Part shown: positions 9,972-21,291 of the stretch, piece by piece
How positions within the stretch are numbered: the first letter of the stretch is position 1
Layout of the letters: every line of letters begins with the position of its first letter
NCBI GenBank assembly: GCA_902558205.1
Contig: CACECY010000001.1
Span: 1 to 58,674 of the forward strand
Direction of reading: 5' to 3'
Origin: an uncultured Pelagibacteraceae bacterium
GTDB taxonomy: Bacteria > Pseudomonadota > Alphaproteobacteria > Pelagibacterales > Pelagibacteraceae
Length of the DNA: 58,674 nt
Position numbers and translations under genes: made by a program
The notes under the pieces: generated by a model
The model's input: only the letters and a program-made list of their open reading frames with translations
What the model was told of the DNA's origin: nothing
Database searches by the model: none

Positions 9972-11957
9972 CTATGGATTAATTTTATTCATAATTTCTC
10001 TAACTACTAACTTAGATCCATGTGATGATAAATGATCATCATCAAAATAAAAAATATTTTCTTTGTCATTTGCGACACACCTGTCTTTAACTATCGTGTT
10101 GCAAAACAAATTATGAGGATAAACTCTATAAATATTTGGATTTTGAATATTATCTAAGATTTCAAATACTAACTTATTTCTCTTTTTAAATACATCATAA
10201 CTTCCAGATAAAATTGGCAATGAACTACTCGAAAAATTTTTTTCAAATAGATGTTTTCTATAAAGTAATCTTATTGGATGAAATCCCATTTCAGGAACTG
10301 GATAAACTAAAATTAATTTATGACCTCTGTTGAGAATATTTTCTATTTGAAGTTTTAATGCTTCAATTATAAATTTTTCTCTTTCCTCACGAGAGGTTGT
10401 TTTTACACCTGTGGGCTCTAATATAAAACGATATAAGGTTTTTGACTGCTCTTTAAAACCTTCCTCATTATCAAAGTATGTTTCTAAAAATCTAATTGAC
10501 CATCTATAATGCAAGATCACTACTAAATTTGAATTTTCTTTAATAAAATTGTCTAATTCATTATTAACTAATGCATAATCTTCAAGTATCTTGCCTGTTT
10601 TTTTATTAGAAAATGTAAAGTTATTTAAATAAAGTGCTGTTGGAAAACTATATAAACTTAAATCATTTTTTTTAATTTCTTCATTAAGATGAAATTCTAA
10701 AGCTTCTGCATGAGAGTCACCAATTAAAACTATTTTTTGCGTATTTTCTTTTTGAAAAAAATTAGCATCTTTTAATCTTAGTTTTTCTTGGGGCATATCT
10801 TTAGGAAGTCTTGATGAAGCTCCTTCACTAAAGATTCCATAATAATTAAAAGAAATTAAACAAATAATTGTTAATAACAAAATTGTTAAAATTTTTTTAA
10901 ATTGAATTTCTTTATCTCGAAAAGGTTTTTCTATAAAATAAAACGAAAAAATAGATAATAAAAATGCAATAAATATAAAAAAAAATTTGTGCAAAATATA
11001 CCCATCAAATAAATTAATCTCTCTTGCAAAAGCAAAAATAGGATAATGCCAAAGATATAAAGAGTAAGAAATAAGACCTACTCCAACAAATATTTTTATT
11101 GAAAGTATTTTTGTTATGATTTCATCTTTATTTGAATACCAAATAATCAAACAAGTTCCAATTATTGGAGACAAAGTGTACAATGATGGATGACGCATAT
11201 CTTCATTGTTAAAGAATAATATTGAATATCCTATTAACAAAATTCCAATAAATGGAAATATTGAATTAAGTTTAGTTTTTTTACATCTGTAACCTTTTTT
11301 AATTTCAAAATATGCCATTACAGAACCTGATAATAATTCCCAGGCTCTTGTGGGTAAAACATAAAAATTAAATGATGGATGATTTCTACTAAACCAATCA
11401 GCTAAGCCTAAACTCACTACAAAACCTACAATAAGAATATGAATAAGATAGTTTTTAAAATATCTAAATGTAATCAAAATGATTATTGGAAATAAAATAT
11501 AAAATTGCTCTTCAACAGATAAAGACCAGGTGTGTAAAAAAGGTTTTAATAATCCACTTTCAGCACCATACTGTTGTCCTGAATACCAAAAATAAAAATT
11601 AGAACTAAAACCTAATGAATAAATAATTGACTTACAAAAATCTATTAAACTACTTGGTATTAAAAGAATCCAAGCAAATGGAAGTGAAAACAGCATCACT
11701 ATTAATAATACTGGAAGTATTCTTCTAGCTCTTCTCTCAAAAAATCTCTTAAATGATAGTGTGTTACTAAAAAATAATTCTTTTAAAATAATTGATGTGA
11801 TGAGATAACCAGAAATAACAAAAAATATATCTACTCCAATAAACCCACCTTTGAATGGTTGATAATGATATATTGAAATTTGTGCGTGATATAAAATAAC
11901 AGCAATAACTGCAATGGCGCGTACACCATCTATTTCTGGACGATATATAAGCTTCAT
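9972..11957 (-). CDS. Acyltransferase-3 + SGNH O-acetyltransferase (OafA/OatA/YrhL-like)
   Basis: YRPEIDGVRAIAV, GVDIFFVISGYLIT, HTWSLSVEEQFY, SYSLYLWHYP; SGNH catalytic GDSHA and DDDH. Confidence 0.92.
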   Translation of the reverse strand: MKLIYRPEIDGVRAIAVIAVILYHAQISIYHYQPFKGGFIGVDIFFVISGYLITSIILKELFFSNTLSFKRFFERRARRILPVLLIVMLFSLPFAWILLIPSSLIDFCKSIIYSLGFSSNFYFWYSGQQYGAESGLLKPFLHTWSLSVEEQFYILFPIIILITFRYFKNYLIHILIVGFVVSLGLADWFSRNHPSFNFYVLPTRAWELLSGSVMAYFEIKKGYRCKKTKLNSIFPFIGILLIGYSILFFNNEDMRHPSLYTLSPIIGTCLIIWYSNKDEIITKILSIKIFVGVGLISYSLYLWHYPIFAFAREINLFDGYILHKFFFIFIAFLLSIFSFYFIEKPFRDKEIQFKKILTILLLTIICLISFNYYGIFSEGASSRLPKDMPQEKLRLKDANFFQKENTQKIVLIGDSHAEALEFHLNEEIKKNDLSLYSFPTALYLNNFTFSNKKTGKILEDYALVNNELDNFIKENSNLVVILHYRWSIRFLETYFDNEEGFKEQSKTLYRFILEPTGVKTTSREEREKFIIEALKLQIENILNRGHKLILVYPVPEMGFHPIRLLYRKHLFEKNFSSSSLPILSGSYDVFKKRNKLVFEILDNIQNPNIYRVYPHNLFCNTIVKDRCVANDKENIFYFDDDHLSSHGSKLVVREIMNKINP

Positions 11958-11997
11958 TTAATAACTACTTACCTAACATAAATAGAAACAAAAATAA

Positions 11998-14667
11998 TTA
12001 AGAATTGTTAAATTTGATTATTTCAGCTTGTGCTGCTGCAAGTCTTGCAATTGGAACTCTGTAAGGAGAACAAGATACATAGTTTAAACCTACTTTTGAG
12101 CAGAAAAAAATACTCTTTGGGTCGCCTCCATGTTCTCCACAAATTCCTAATTTAATATTTTTATTTTGTTTTTTTCCTTTAGAAACTGCAATCTCCACTA
12201 AATCTTTAACACCTTCATCAATCGAAATAAATGGATCTATAGAAAAAATTTTATTATCAATATAATCATTTAAAAATTTACCACTGTCATCTCTACTTAT
12301 CCCAAATGTTGTTTGTGTTAAATCATTAGTTCCAAAACTAAAAAAATCTGCATATTTAGCAATATCGTTTGCTTTAATTGCAGCTCTTGGAAGTTCAATC
12401 ATAGTTCCAACCATATAATCTATTTTTACTTTATTTTCTTTCTGAACTTTATTTGCTATTTTTATTACTAACTCTCTCATAATTTTAATCTCAGCTTCTG
12501 TTGAGACGAGGGGAATCATAATTTCTGGAAATGCAGATTTTATTTTATTTTTCTTTAATTCAACTAAAGCTTCAAAAATTGCTCTACATTGCATCTCATA
12601 AATTTCTGGATATGAAATTCCCAATCTACAACCTCTGTGGCCAAGCATAGGATTTTGTTCGTGCAGCTCAGATATTCTTGAATTAACCTCTTTGACATCT
12701 ACACCAACAACATTTGCTACCTCTAAAATTTCTTTATCTGAATTTGGTAAAAATTCATGGAGTGGTGGATCTAGCAGCCGAACTGTTACTGGTAACCCAC
12801 TCATTATCTTGAATATTTTTATAAAATCTTGTTTCTGATGAGGTAATAGTTTTGAAAGTGCTTTTGCTCTATCATCTGTTGTTTTGGATAAAATCATTTC
12901 TCTAACAGATAAAATTCTTTCCTCATCAAAAAACATATGTTCGGTTCTGCACAGACCAATTCCTTCAGCACCAAAATCTCTTGCTGTTTTTGTGTCTGCT
13001 GGTGTTTCTGAGTTTGCTCTAACCTTAAGTTTTCTTATTCCATCAGCCCAACTCATTAACTTAGAAAAATCCCCAGAAATTTCTGGTTTAATAGTTGGTA
13101 CTTGCCCTTTAATTATTCTTCCAGTTGATCCATCTATTGTAATAATCTCACCCTCTTTAATTTCATGCCCTGAAGTTTTAAAAATTTTTTTTTCATAATT
13201 TATATCAATTTCGCTTGATCCTGAAACACAAGGTCTTCCCATTCCACGAGCAACTACAGCAGCATGGCTTGTCATCCCGCCCCTTGCAGTTAATATACCT
13301 TTCGCTGCATGCATTCCCTGAATATCTTCAGGTGAAGTTTCCACTCTTACTAATATTGTCGCCTGCATCATATCATTCAATCTTTCAGCATCTTCAGATG
13401 TAAATACCACTTTTCCACTTGCAGCTCCTGGTGATGCTGGAAGTCCATTTGCTATAACATTTATTTCACTTTTTTCATCTAAGGTGGGGTGCAATAATGT
13501 ATCCAATGAACTTGGGTTTATTCTTAAAATAGCTTGTTTTTTAGAAATTAATTTTTCTTTAAACATATCAACAGCAATTTTAACTGCAGATTTAGATGTT
13601 CTTTTTCCTGATCTAGTTTGCAAAATCCAAAGTTTATTATTTTCAACTGTAAACTCAACATCTTGCATATCTTTGTAATGAGACTCTAATTTTTTTAAAA
13701 TTTTTTCTAATTCTTTGTAAACTTTTGGCATCGATTCTTCCATTGATGCATCTCTGATTTGAGCAGCTTTTCGAGCTTTTTTAGTAATGTGTTGTGGAGT
13801 TCTTGTACCAGCTACTACATCTTCACCTTGGGCATTAATCAAATATTCTCCATAAATATCATTAGATCCATCTGATGGATTTCTTGTAAACACTACACCA
13901 GTTGCACAATCATTTCCCATGTTACCGAAAACCATAGATTGAACATTAACAGCAGTGCCCCATTCAGAAGGTATATGATTTAATTTTCTATAAATTTTTG
14001 CTCTGTTGCTATCCCATGATAAAAAAACAGCACTTATTGCTCCTAACAATTGCTCATATACATCCTGTGGAAAATTTTGTTTTGTTTTTTCTTTTACAAT
14101 TTTTTTAAAATCACTTATTAATCCATCCCAATCGTCTTCATCAAGTTCTGTATCCAAAAGAACACCTTTTGTTAACTTGTAGTTTTCAATTAATTCTTCA
14201 AAATGATGGCTATCAACTCCCATAACAACATTTCCATACATCTGAATAAATCTTCTATAACTGTCTTTTGCAAATCTTCCATTAGATGTTTTGCTTTTTA
14301 AGGCATTAACAGTCTTATCATTTAAACCAAGATTTAATATCGTATCCATCATGCCAGGCATAGAAACTCTTGCACCAGATCTTACTGATAACAGTAATGG
14401 ATTTTTTAAATCTCCAAATTTCTTTTTAACTTCCTTTTCTATTATTTTAAGTTCTGATTTAATTTGATTAATAATCTTAGAGTTAAGTTTCTTTTTGTAT
14501 TTATAAAATAAGTCACAAACATGAGTGGATATTGTAAATCCTGGTGGTACTGGAAATCCCATTCTTCCCATCTCAGATAGGTTTGACCCTTTGCCACCTA
14601 AGATATTTTTAGGATTTTTAATTTTTTTTACTTCTTTAGAATTAAAATTAAAAATATGTTTGCTCAT
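11998..14667 (-). CDS. ppdK: Pyruvate, phosphate dikinase (start 14667 or 14673)
   Basis: LGGKGSNL, SVRSGARVSMPGMMDT, GGMTSHAAVVAR phospho-His motif, GIGLCRTEHMF and FSFGTNDLTQ. Confidence 0.98.
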   Translation of the reverse strand: MSKHIFNFNSKEVKKIKNPKNILGGKGSNLSEMGRMGFPVPPGFTISTHVCDLFYKYKKKLNSKIINQIKSELKIIEKEVKKKFGDLKNPLLLSVRSGARVSMPGMMDTILNLGLNDKTVNALKSKTSNGRFAKDSYRRFIQMYGNVVMGVDSHHFEELIENYKLTKGVLLDTELDEDDWDGLISDFKKIVKEKTKQNFPQDVYEQLLGAISAVFLSWDSNRAKIYRKLNHIPSEWGTAVNVQSMVFGNMGNDCATGVVFTRNPSDGSNDIYGEYLINAQGEDVVAGTRTPQHITKKARKAAQIRDASMEESMPKVYKELEKILKKLESHYKDMQDVEFTVENNKLWILQTRSGKRTSKSAVKIAVDMFKEKLISKKQAILRINPSSLDTLLHPTLDEKSEINVIANGLPASPGAASGKVVFTSEDAERLNDMMQATILVRVETSPEDIQGMHAAKGILTARGGMTSHAAVVARGMGRPCVSGSSEIDINYEKKIFKTSGHEIKEGEIITIDGSTGRIIKGQVPTIKPEISGDFSKLMSWADGIRKLKVRANSETPADTKTARDFGAEGIGLCRTEHMFFDEERILSVREMILSKTTDDRAKALSKLLPHQKQDFIKIFKIMSGLPVTVRLLDPPLHEFLPNSDKEILEVANVVGVDVKEVNSRISELHEQNPMLGHRGCRLGISYPEIYEMQCRAIFEALVELKKNKIKSAFPEIMIPLVSTEAEIKIMRELVIKIANKVQKENKVKIDYMVGTMIELPRAAIKANDIAKYADFFSFGTNDLTQTTFGISRDDSGKFLNDYIDNKIFSIDPFISIDEGVKDLVEIAVSKGKKQNKNIKLGICGEHGGDPKSIFFCSKVGLNYVSCSPYRVPIARLAAAQAEIIKFNNS

Positions 14668-16732
14668 TTGCATCTTTGATTAGTTGAAAATCTAAGAAAT
14701 TTTCAAAGGTTTTACAGAATAAATTCAACAGTTCCAATCTATTTTTTTTAACAATTCCACTTTCATCATTAACCTTTACATTATCGAAAAAATCAAAAAT
14801 TTCTTTTTTAGTGGTGGCAAGAAAAACTAGTGTCTCATCAAAATTTTGTTTATTCGTTGTATCTAGAAAATATTGCTTTATTTGATTAATTTTCTTAAAA
14901 AGAGCTTTTTCAGCATCATCTTTAAAAATACCAGGATCAGTTGTACCTGATAAACTTTCATTTATATTTTTTGTCTCAGAATTCAAAATATTAAAAGCTC
15001 TTTTATAAGATGACACAATATCTACACCAATCGATTTATGAATAATCTTATCAAGACTTTTTGCTTTTTCATATGTAATAGAAATTTTATTTAAATCTAA
15101 AGATTTAGCTGCAGCTTCAATAATATCATGCCTAATATTTTTTTCTTTTAAATAATATCTAAATCTATCTTTTAAAAAAATTATAACATCTTTAATAAGT
15201 GCATCATTTGAAAATTTAAAACCCTGATCCTGATAAATATTTTGTGAATATACAAATAAATCATAAGCCTTAATATTTTTTTTGTTTTCAATTATTATTC
15301 TTATAATTCCAATCGCAATTCTTCTTAAGGCATAAGGATCTTTTGAACTTGAAGGTTTTTCATTTATTCCATAAAAACCTGTTAAAGTGTCAATTCTATC
15401 TGCTAATGAAAGAGTAATACTAAATGGTTTTTTTGGGACGATAGAGTGAAGACCTATAGGCAAATATTGTTCTTTTACAGCCTCAACTATTTCTTTATCA
15501 AAACCCTGAACGTGAGAAAGGTATCCACCCATAATGCCTTGAAGTTCAGGAAACTCTCCAACGATTTCTGAAATTAAATCTGTTTTACATATTGTTGCTG
15601 AAAGTTCGACTTTTTCTTTGCTAATCAATAGCTCATCTGAAATTACAGCACCTAATTTTCTCATTCTTTGAACTTTATCAAAGTAATTTCCAAGCCCTTT
15701 AAAAAAATTCATAGATTTTAATCCAGAAACTTTTTTTACTAAATTTTGAGATTTATCTTTTTTCCAAAAAAATTCTGCATCATTAAGTCTAGCCTCTACA
15801 ACTCTTTCGTTTCCTATTTTAATTAGTCCTCTATCATCTTTTTTATTAGCAATTACTATAAATTCATTTGTTATTTCATCTTTTTTTGTAAAAAGAGGAA
15901 AATATTTCTGATGTGATTGCATTGTTAAAATTAATATCTCTTCTGGTATTGATAAAAATTTTTTATCAAATGAACATTCTAAAATATAAGGATAATCTAT
16001 GAGATTAGTTACTTCATCAAATAATTTCTCATTTTCTCTAATTTTCAAATTTTTTTTTTTAAGAATTTTTTCTATATTTTTTTTTATTAAAACTTTTCTT
16101 TTATCTTGATCTAAAATAGTTCCAATTTTATTCAGGTGTTTTTGGTAGCTGTCATAGTTGTTAAAAGTTTTTTTCTTTTCTTCAAAATCTTTATCGAGAT
16201 AAGTTGTATTTGAGGATTTAAGATGATTTAGATCAAAATTAACAACCTTTTTGTCTAAAACGCATAATATTGATTTTAAAGGCCTACCCCAATTGAGATC
16301 AAAATTTCCCCATTTCATTGATTTTTTCCATTTAAAATTACCTATTATTTTGGGAAGATTTTCACTTAGTAAATCAGAGGTTTTTAATTTTCTTTTTTTT
16401 GTTTTAAAAAAATAAAATTCTCCTTTATCAGTTTTTTTTTTAAACAAGTTATCTTTACTAATTTTTTTTGATTTTAAAAAGCCCTCTAAAGCCTGTGGTG
16501 TAGATGAAGTACTTGGTCCTTTTACTTCCTCAGATTTTATTTCAACTTCTTTGTCAAGACCTTGAAAAACAACTATCAGTCTATTTGGGGTTGATATAGA
16601 AAAATTTTTTTTTGATTTAATTGATTTATCATGAAAAATTTTATTTATTTCCTCTAACAATCCTTTTCTTAAATTTATTTGAAGGGAAACAGGTATTTCC
16701 TCGCTAAATAGTTCTAAAAAAAACTCTGCCAT
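14648..16732 (-). CDS. glyS: Glycine--tRNA ligase beta subunit
   Basis: LELFSEEIP, EFPELQGIMG, SKDPYALRR and NRLELL motifs. Confidence 0.96.
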   Translation of the reverse strand: MAEFFLELFSEEIPVSLQINLRKGLLEEINKIFHDKSIKSKKNFSISTPNRLIVVFQGLDKEVEIKSEEVKGPSTSSTPQALEGFLKSKKISKDNLFKKKTDKGEFYFFKTKKRKLKTSDLLSENLPKIIGNFKWKKSMKWGNFDLNWGRPLKSILCVLDKKVVNFDLNHLKSSNTTYLDKDFEEKKKTFNNYDSYQKHLNKIGTILDQDKRKVLIKKNIEKILKKKNLKIRENEKLFDEVTNLIDYPYILECSFDKKFLSIPEEILILTMQSHQKYFPLFTKKDEITNEFIVIANKKDDRGLIKIGNERVVEARLNDAEFFWKKDKSQNLVKKVSGLKSMNFFKGLGNYFDKVQRMRKLGAVISDELLISKEKVELSATICKTDLISEIVGEFPELQGIMGGYLSHVQGFDKEIVEAVKEQYLPIGLHSIVPKKPFSITLSLADRIDTLTGFYGINEKPSSSKDPYALRRIAIGIIRIIIENKKNIKAYDLFVYSQNIYQDQGFKFSNDALIKDVIIFLKDRFRYYLKEKNIRHDIIEAAAKSLDLNKISITYEKAKSLDKIIHKSIGVDIVSSYKRAFNILNSETKNINESLSGTTDPGIFKDDAEKALFKKINQIKQYFLDTTNKQNFDETLVFLATTKKEIFDFFDNVKVNDESGIVKKNRLELLNLFCKTFENFLDFQLIKDANEQTYF

Positions 16733-16738
16733 ATAAAT

Positions 16739-17623
16739 CTAATTTTTTTCGGTTTGTATCCAAACTTGAGCTGCCAATTTTACTATGTTTCTTATTCTAC
16801 TAATATATTCAGCTCTCTCAGCAACACTTATAGCTCCTCTTGCATCTAAAACATTAAAAATATGGCTCGCCTTTAAACATTGATCATAGGCTGGTAAAGA
16901 AATATTATTTTGCGATAAAGACTTAGCTTCGGACTCATAAATGTTAAAAATCTTAAATAGATTATCAGTATTTGCATATTCGAAATTATATTTAGAAAAT
17001 TCTTTTTCTGATTGATGAAATACATCATGATACTTAACACCATCATTATTCCAGTCTAATTCATAAACGTTTTTTTTTTGTTGAGTAAACATACATATTC
17101 TTTCTAAGCCATAAGTAATTTCTACTGAAACTGGTTTGCATTCAAATCCCGCCATTTGTTGAAAGTAAGTAAATTGAGTTATTTCCATTCCATCACACCA
17201 AACCTCCCAACCCAAACCAGCTGCACCTAAAGTTGGACTTTCCCAATCGTCTTCCACAAATCTTATGTCATGAACAGAATGGTCTATTCCAACAACTGAC
17301 AAGCTGTTTAGGTAAAGTTTTTTGATATTATCTGATGAAGGTTTTATTATGACTTGAAATTGATAATAATGCTGGAGCCTATTTGGATTGTCTCCGTACC
17401 GACCATCCGTAGGTCTTCTTGATGGTTGCACATAAGCTGCTTTCCAAGGCTTTGGGCCAAGAGATCTTAATGTTGTAGCAGGATGAAAAGTACCTGCACC
17501 AATTTCCAAGTCGTAAGGTTGTAAAATTATACATCCTTGTTTACTCCAAAATTTCTGAAGATTAAATATTGTTTCTTGAAATGTTTGAATTTTTTTTTTT
17601 ACTTTTTTTGCTTTAGAAACCAT
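16739..17623 (-). CDS. glyQ: Glycine--tRNA ligase alpha subunit (start likely ATG 17623)
   Basis: [32 protein letters not shown] and EITYGLER motifs. Confidence 0.97.
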   Translation of the reverse strand: MVSKAKKVKKKIQTFQETIFNLQKFWSKQGCIILQPYDLEIGAGTFHPATTLRSLGPKPWKAAYVQPSRRPTDGRYGDNPNRLQHYYQFQVIIKPSSDNIKKLYLNSLSVVGIDHSVHDIRFVEDDWESPTLGAAGLGWEVWCDGMEITQFTYFQQMAGFECKPVSVEITYGLERICMFTQQKKNVYELDWNNDGVKYHDVFHQSEKEFSKYNFEYANTDNLFKIFNIYESEAKSLSQNNISLPAYDQCLKASHIFNVLDARGAISVAERAEYISRIRNIVKLAAQVWIQTEKN

Positions 17624-18419
17624 ATCTCTGCCAAATTGATCTTTCATCTAAAATACTTACTATTTGATCTACTTGATTGTTAGATGTAGAAAGTTTTTGA
17701 CTTAACCATCCTTTTGATTTTTCAAATTTTTTAATAATTACATCCTCACCAAACTTTTCTTTTAAAATTTCATTTGCATTACCTATTCCATCAATCAATC
17801 CTAAATCTTTTGCTTTACTTCCTGACCAAAACTCACCTGAAAAAAGCTCTACCTTAGATTTATTTAATTTTGATCCTCGACTTTTTTCAACCACATCTAT
17901 AAAGTCTTTATGTAAATCCAATTGAATATTTTTTAATCTTTCAATGTCTTCATTTTTTTCCTCTAAAAATGGGTCAAGAGTGCTTTTGTTTTTACCAGCT
18001 GTATGGACTCTTCTTTCAACACCAATTTTTTTTATTAACTCGGTAAATCCAAAAGAAGAATATATAACTCCTATGGATCCAATTATTGAACTTGAATTTG
18101 CATAAACTTCGTCTCCAGCACAAGAAATTAAATACCCACCAGAAGCTGCCACATCTTCAGCAAATACAATAACTTTTTTTTTGTATTTTTTTGCTTGTTG
18201 TCTAATAAAGCTGTAAATTAAATGAGATTGAACTGGTGATCCTCCTGGAGAATTGACTGATATAGCAACACATACCGCTTTTTTCAGAGAAAAAGCTTTT
18301 TTTATTAGCTCTTCTTGACCTGCAAAATCTATACCTTGTTTAAATTTTCCAGCATTACCAATAACTCCACTTAATTTTAAGTGAGAAACAATTTTTTTCT
18401 TTTTAAAAAAAGAGAACAT
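17613..18419 (-). CDS. S49-family peptidase (SppA/SohB-like)
   Basis: [21 protein letters not shown] and FSGEFWSG motifs. Confidence 0.9.
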   Translation of the reverse strand: MFSFFKKKKIVSHLKLSGVIGNAGKFKQGIDFAGQEELIKKAFSLKKAVCVAISVNSPGGSPVQSHLIYSFIRQQAKKYKKKVIVFAEDVAASGGYLISCAGDEVYANSSSIIGSIGVIYSSFGFTELIKKIGVERRVHTAGKNKSTLDPFLEEKNEDIERLKNIQLDLHKDFIDVVEKSRGSKLNKSKVELFSGEFWSGSKAKDLGLIDGIGNANEILKEKFGEDVIIKKFEKSKGWLSQKLSTSNNQVDQIVSILDERSIWQRYGF

Positions 18420-18459
18420 AGCTAAGTCTTATAGAATTATTTATTGAATATAAAGACTA

Positions 18460-18487
18460 CTTATAATTGAAGAAACTGGTGCGTCAA
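18460..18487 (-). promoter_or_regulatory. Putative sigma70 promoter of S49-glyQ-glyS-ppdK, embedded in an imperfect palindrome
   Basis: Minus strand TTGACG-N16-TATAAG. Confidence 0.4.
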
Positions 18488-18532
18488 TTGATAAGTAATA
18501 TATATAAACAAATTATACTAATTTAAAATTTT

Positions 18533-19546
18533 ATGGGAACAGTTGTACAGCTTAAAAATCAGATAAATGATTCTTATTTTCAGCTTAAAGACTCAGTTGA
18601 AGAAAAACTCATTTTGACTGAAGAAAAAATTAAATCAAAATTATCTAGTGACGTGCAGCTGGTTCAAAAAATGACAGATTATCACATAGAAACAGGAGGA
18701 AAAAGACTAAGAGCTTTATTAACGTTGGGTAGTGCAAAACTATGTGGTTACTCAAAAGGCTCTAGGGATATAAACTTGGCTGCATGTGTTGAATTAATTC
18801 ACAGCGCAACATTGATGCATGATGATGTAATTGATGAAGGTACTATTAGAAGAGGAAAAGAAACTTTAAACAAAGTTTGGGACAATCATTCTTCGGTATT
18901 AATTGGAGATTATTTATTGAGTAGATGTTTTGAAATGATGGTAGAAGACGGAAACTTAGAAGTTTTAAAATTATTATCCTCCACTTCATCTAAAATTGCT
19001 CAAGGAGAAGTTCTGCAACTCCAACATAAAGGTGAGGTTGATATGTTAGAAGAAACATATTTAAAAATTATCTCAGCTAAGACTGCTGAATTGTTCGCGG
19101 CAGCAACTAAAGTTGGTGCAATTTTATCTGGTGCAGAAAACAAAGAAAAAGATGCTTTAGAATTTTATGGAAGAAACTTAGGATTAACTTTTCAAATAGC
19201 AGATGATACACTTGACTATAATGCCGAGCTAAAACTATTTGGTAAAAAAATCGGTCAAGATTTTTTTGAAGGAAAAATTACCTTGCCAATAATCTTACTT
19301 TTTCAAAAATTAGATAATAATGAAAAAAAAATTATCTCAAATATGTTTAATAAAAAGTTAAGAACAAAAAATGATTTTAATGAAGTTATTAGTCTTATAA
19401 ACAAGTATAAAATAATTCAGGAATGCTACCAAAAGGCACAGCACTATATAAATTTAGCCTCAAATTCTTTAAGTGTATTTAAAGATTCTAACGAAAAAAA
19501 TATTCTTAAGAAATTAACATCATTTAGTTTATCTAGAAATTTTTAA
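18533..19546 (+). CDS. ispB: Long-chain (octa/decaprenyl) diphosphate synthase
   Basis: GGKRLR, first DDVID and second DDTLD aspartate-rich motifs, KTAELF. Confidence 0.93.
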   Translation: MGTVVQLKNQINDSYFQLKDSVEEKLILTEEKIKSKLSSDVQLVQKMTDYHIETGGKRLRALLTLGSAKLCGYSKGSRDINLAACVELIHSATLMHDDVIDEGTIRRGKETLNKVWDNHSSVLIGDYLLSRCFEMMVEDGNLEVLKLLSSTSSKIAQGEVLQLQHKGEVDMLEETYLKIISAKTAELFAAATKVGAILSGAENKEKDALEFYGRNLGLTFQIADDTLDYNAELKLFGKKIGQDFFEGKITLPIILLFQKLDNNEKKIISNMFNKKLRTKNDFNEVISLINKYKIIQECYQKAQHYINLASNSLSVFKDSNEKNILKKLTSFSLSRNF

Positions 19547-20169
19547 GGACTTAGTAAAGACTTTATCCATTTTCCTGAATTATCTTTTTTATATTTTAAT
19601 CTCTCGTGAATTCTATTTTCACCATCTAACCAAAATTCAATACTATCTGGAGATAAAATCCAACCAGACCAATGACTTGGTCTTGGTACATCTGACTCGT
19701 TGCTATATTTTTTTTTGTAATCTTTTATGGATTTTAACAATTGTTCTCGCGAATTTAATTCTTCACTTTGTTTAGAAGCCCATGCTCCTATTCGACTTTC
19801 ATACGCTCTGGATGAATAATATTCATCTGCAACCTGATCAGAAACTAATGACACCTTTCCATTAATTCTTATTTGTCTTAAGAGACTTTTCCAATGGAAA
19901 CACATCGCGGCATATGGATTTTCTTTTAATTCATTTCCTTTTTGACTATTTAAATTTGTATAAAATACAAATCCATTTTTGTTGAAATCTTTAAGTAAAA
20001 CCATTCTAACTGAAGGAATGTTGTTTTGATTGGATGTCGACAAGGCAACAGCGTTTGGATCATTTGGCTCAGTTTTCTTTGCTTCCTCCATCCATTCATG
20101 AAATAATTGAATTGGGTCATCTAAATCCAAAAAGCAAGTATTAAGACCTAAAGAGTTTTTTTGATTCAT
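19543..20169 (-). CDS. pdxH: Pyridoxamine 5'-phosphate oxidase
   Basis: RMVLLK, FYTN..S.KG, SRIGAWASKQS, EFWLDGENRIHER and terminal LSP. Confidence 0.95.
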   Translation of the reverse strand: MNQKNSLGLNTCFLDLDDPIQLFHEWMEEAKKTEPNDPNAVALSTSNQNNIPSVRMVLLKDFNKNGFVFYTNLNSQKGNELKENPYAAMCFHWKSLLRQIRINGKVSLVSDQVADEYYSSRAYESRIGAWASKQSEELNSREQLLKSIKDYKKKYSNESDVPRPSHWSGWILSPDSIEFWLDGENRIHERLKYKKDNSGKWIKSLLSP

Positions 20170-20202
20170 AATTTAAACAAAATAATCTATATAATATAAA
20201 TA

Positions 20203-21285
20203 ATGTCATTTAATACTTTTGGAAAGCTATTTCGTTTCACAACTTGGGGGGAGTCTCATGGGCCTGCAATTGGTTGTATTGTTGATGGTTGTCCTCCAAA
20301 CATAAATCTTAAAGAGCAAGATATTCAAATAGAATTAGACAAAAGAAAACCAGGACAATCTAAATTCACAACTCAGCGAAAAGAGGATGACAAAGTTCAA
20401 ATATTGTCAGGAGTATTTGAGGGTAAAACCACAGGAACACCCATTTCACTTATAATCTACAATAAAGATATGAGATCCAAAGATTATAGTAATATTAAAG
20501 ATAAGTTTAGACCAGGTCATGCAGATTTTACTTATTTTAAAAAATATGGAATTAGAGATTATCGAGGTGGTGGTAGATCTTCTGCTAGAGAAACTGCAGC
20601 TCGAGTTGCGGCTGGTGCAATAGCAAAAGTTGTACTTCAAAAAAAATTAGGTAAAAAATTTAAAGTCATAGGTGCAGTAACTCAGCTAGGAATTCTTGGA
20701 TGTGATACAAACCAATGGAACGATAAAGTAATTTCAAAAAATCCATTTTTTTGTCCAGATAAATCAATGATAAAATTATGGGAAAAATATTTGCTTGGTG
20801 TAAGAAAATCAGGATCCTCATGTGGAGCAGTGATTGAAATAAGAGCCAGAGGTATCCCAATTGGTTTAGGTGCTCCAATATATTCAAAATTGGATACTGA
20901 CATAGCTTCAGGTCTAATGAGTATTAATGCAGTTAAAGGTGTAAATATTGGTGCAGGAATGAACTCAGCACAATTAAGTGGAGAACAAAATTCAGATGAA
21001 ATTTCTTCAAAAGGTAGTAAATTAAAATTCAATTCAAATAACGCGGGTGGAATTCTTGGTGGAATTTCTACAGGCCAAGAAATTGTTGCATCTTTTGCTG
21101 TCAAACCAACATCATCAATTTTAACTAGTAGAAAAACTATAAATAAATTTGGGAAAAATACTTCAATATCTGTTAAAGGTAGACACGATCCTTGTGTAGG
21201 AATTAGAGCAGTGCCAATTGGTGAAGCTATGATAAACTGTGTTTTACTCGACCACTACTTGATGAATAAAGCCCAGTGTAGTTAG
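20203..21285 (+). CDS. aroC: Chorismate synthase
   Basis: [26 protein letters not shown] and GRHDPC motifs. Confidence 0.98.
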   Translation: MSFNTFGKLFRFTTWGESHGPAIGCIVDGCPPNINLKEQDIQIELDKRKPGQSKFTTQRKEDDKVQILSGVFEGKTTGTPISLIIYNKDMRSKDYSNIKDKFRPGHADFTYFKKYGIRDYRGGGRSSARETAARVAAGAIAKVVLQKKLGKKFKVIGAVTQLGILGCDTNQWNDKVISKNPFFCPDKSMIKLWEKYLLGVRKSGSSCGAVIEIRARGIPIGLGAPIYSKLDTDIASGLMSINAVKGVNIGAGMNSAQLSGEQNSDEISSKGSKLKFNSNNAGGILGGISTGQEIVASFAVKPTSSILTSRKTINKFGKNTSISVKGRHDPCVGIRAVPIGEAMINCVLLDHYLMNKAQCS

Positions 21286-21291
21286 CTTAAA

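Noticed and set aside
9927-11997. Possible attR duplication of the tmRNA 3' end flanking the insert (e.g. TCACCA near 9948)
   Set aside because: The match is too short; no T-arm copy and no integrase.
16040-16470. Long poly-T/poly-A runs within glyS and other genes as contingency loci
   Set aside because: They encode Lys-rich stretches in frame and are expected in a genome this AT-rich.
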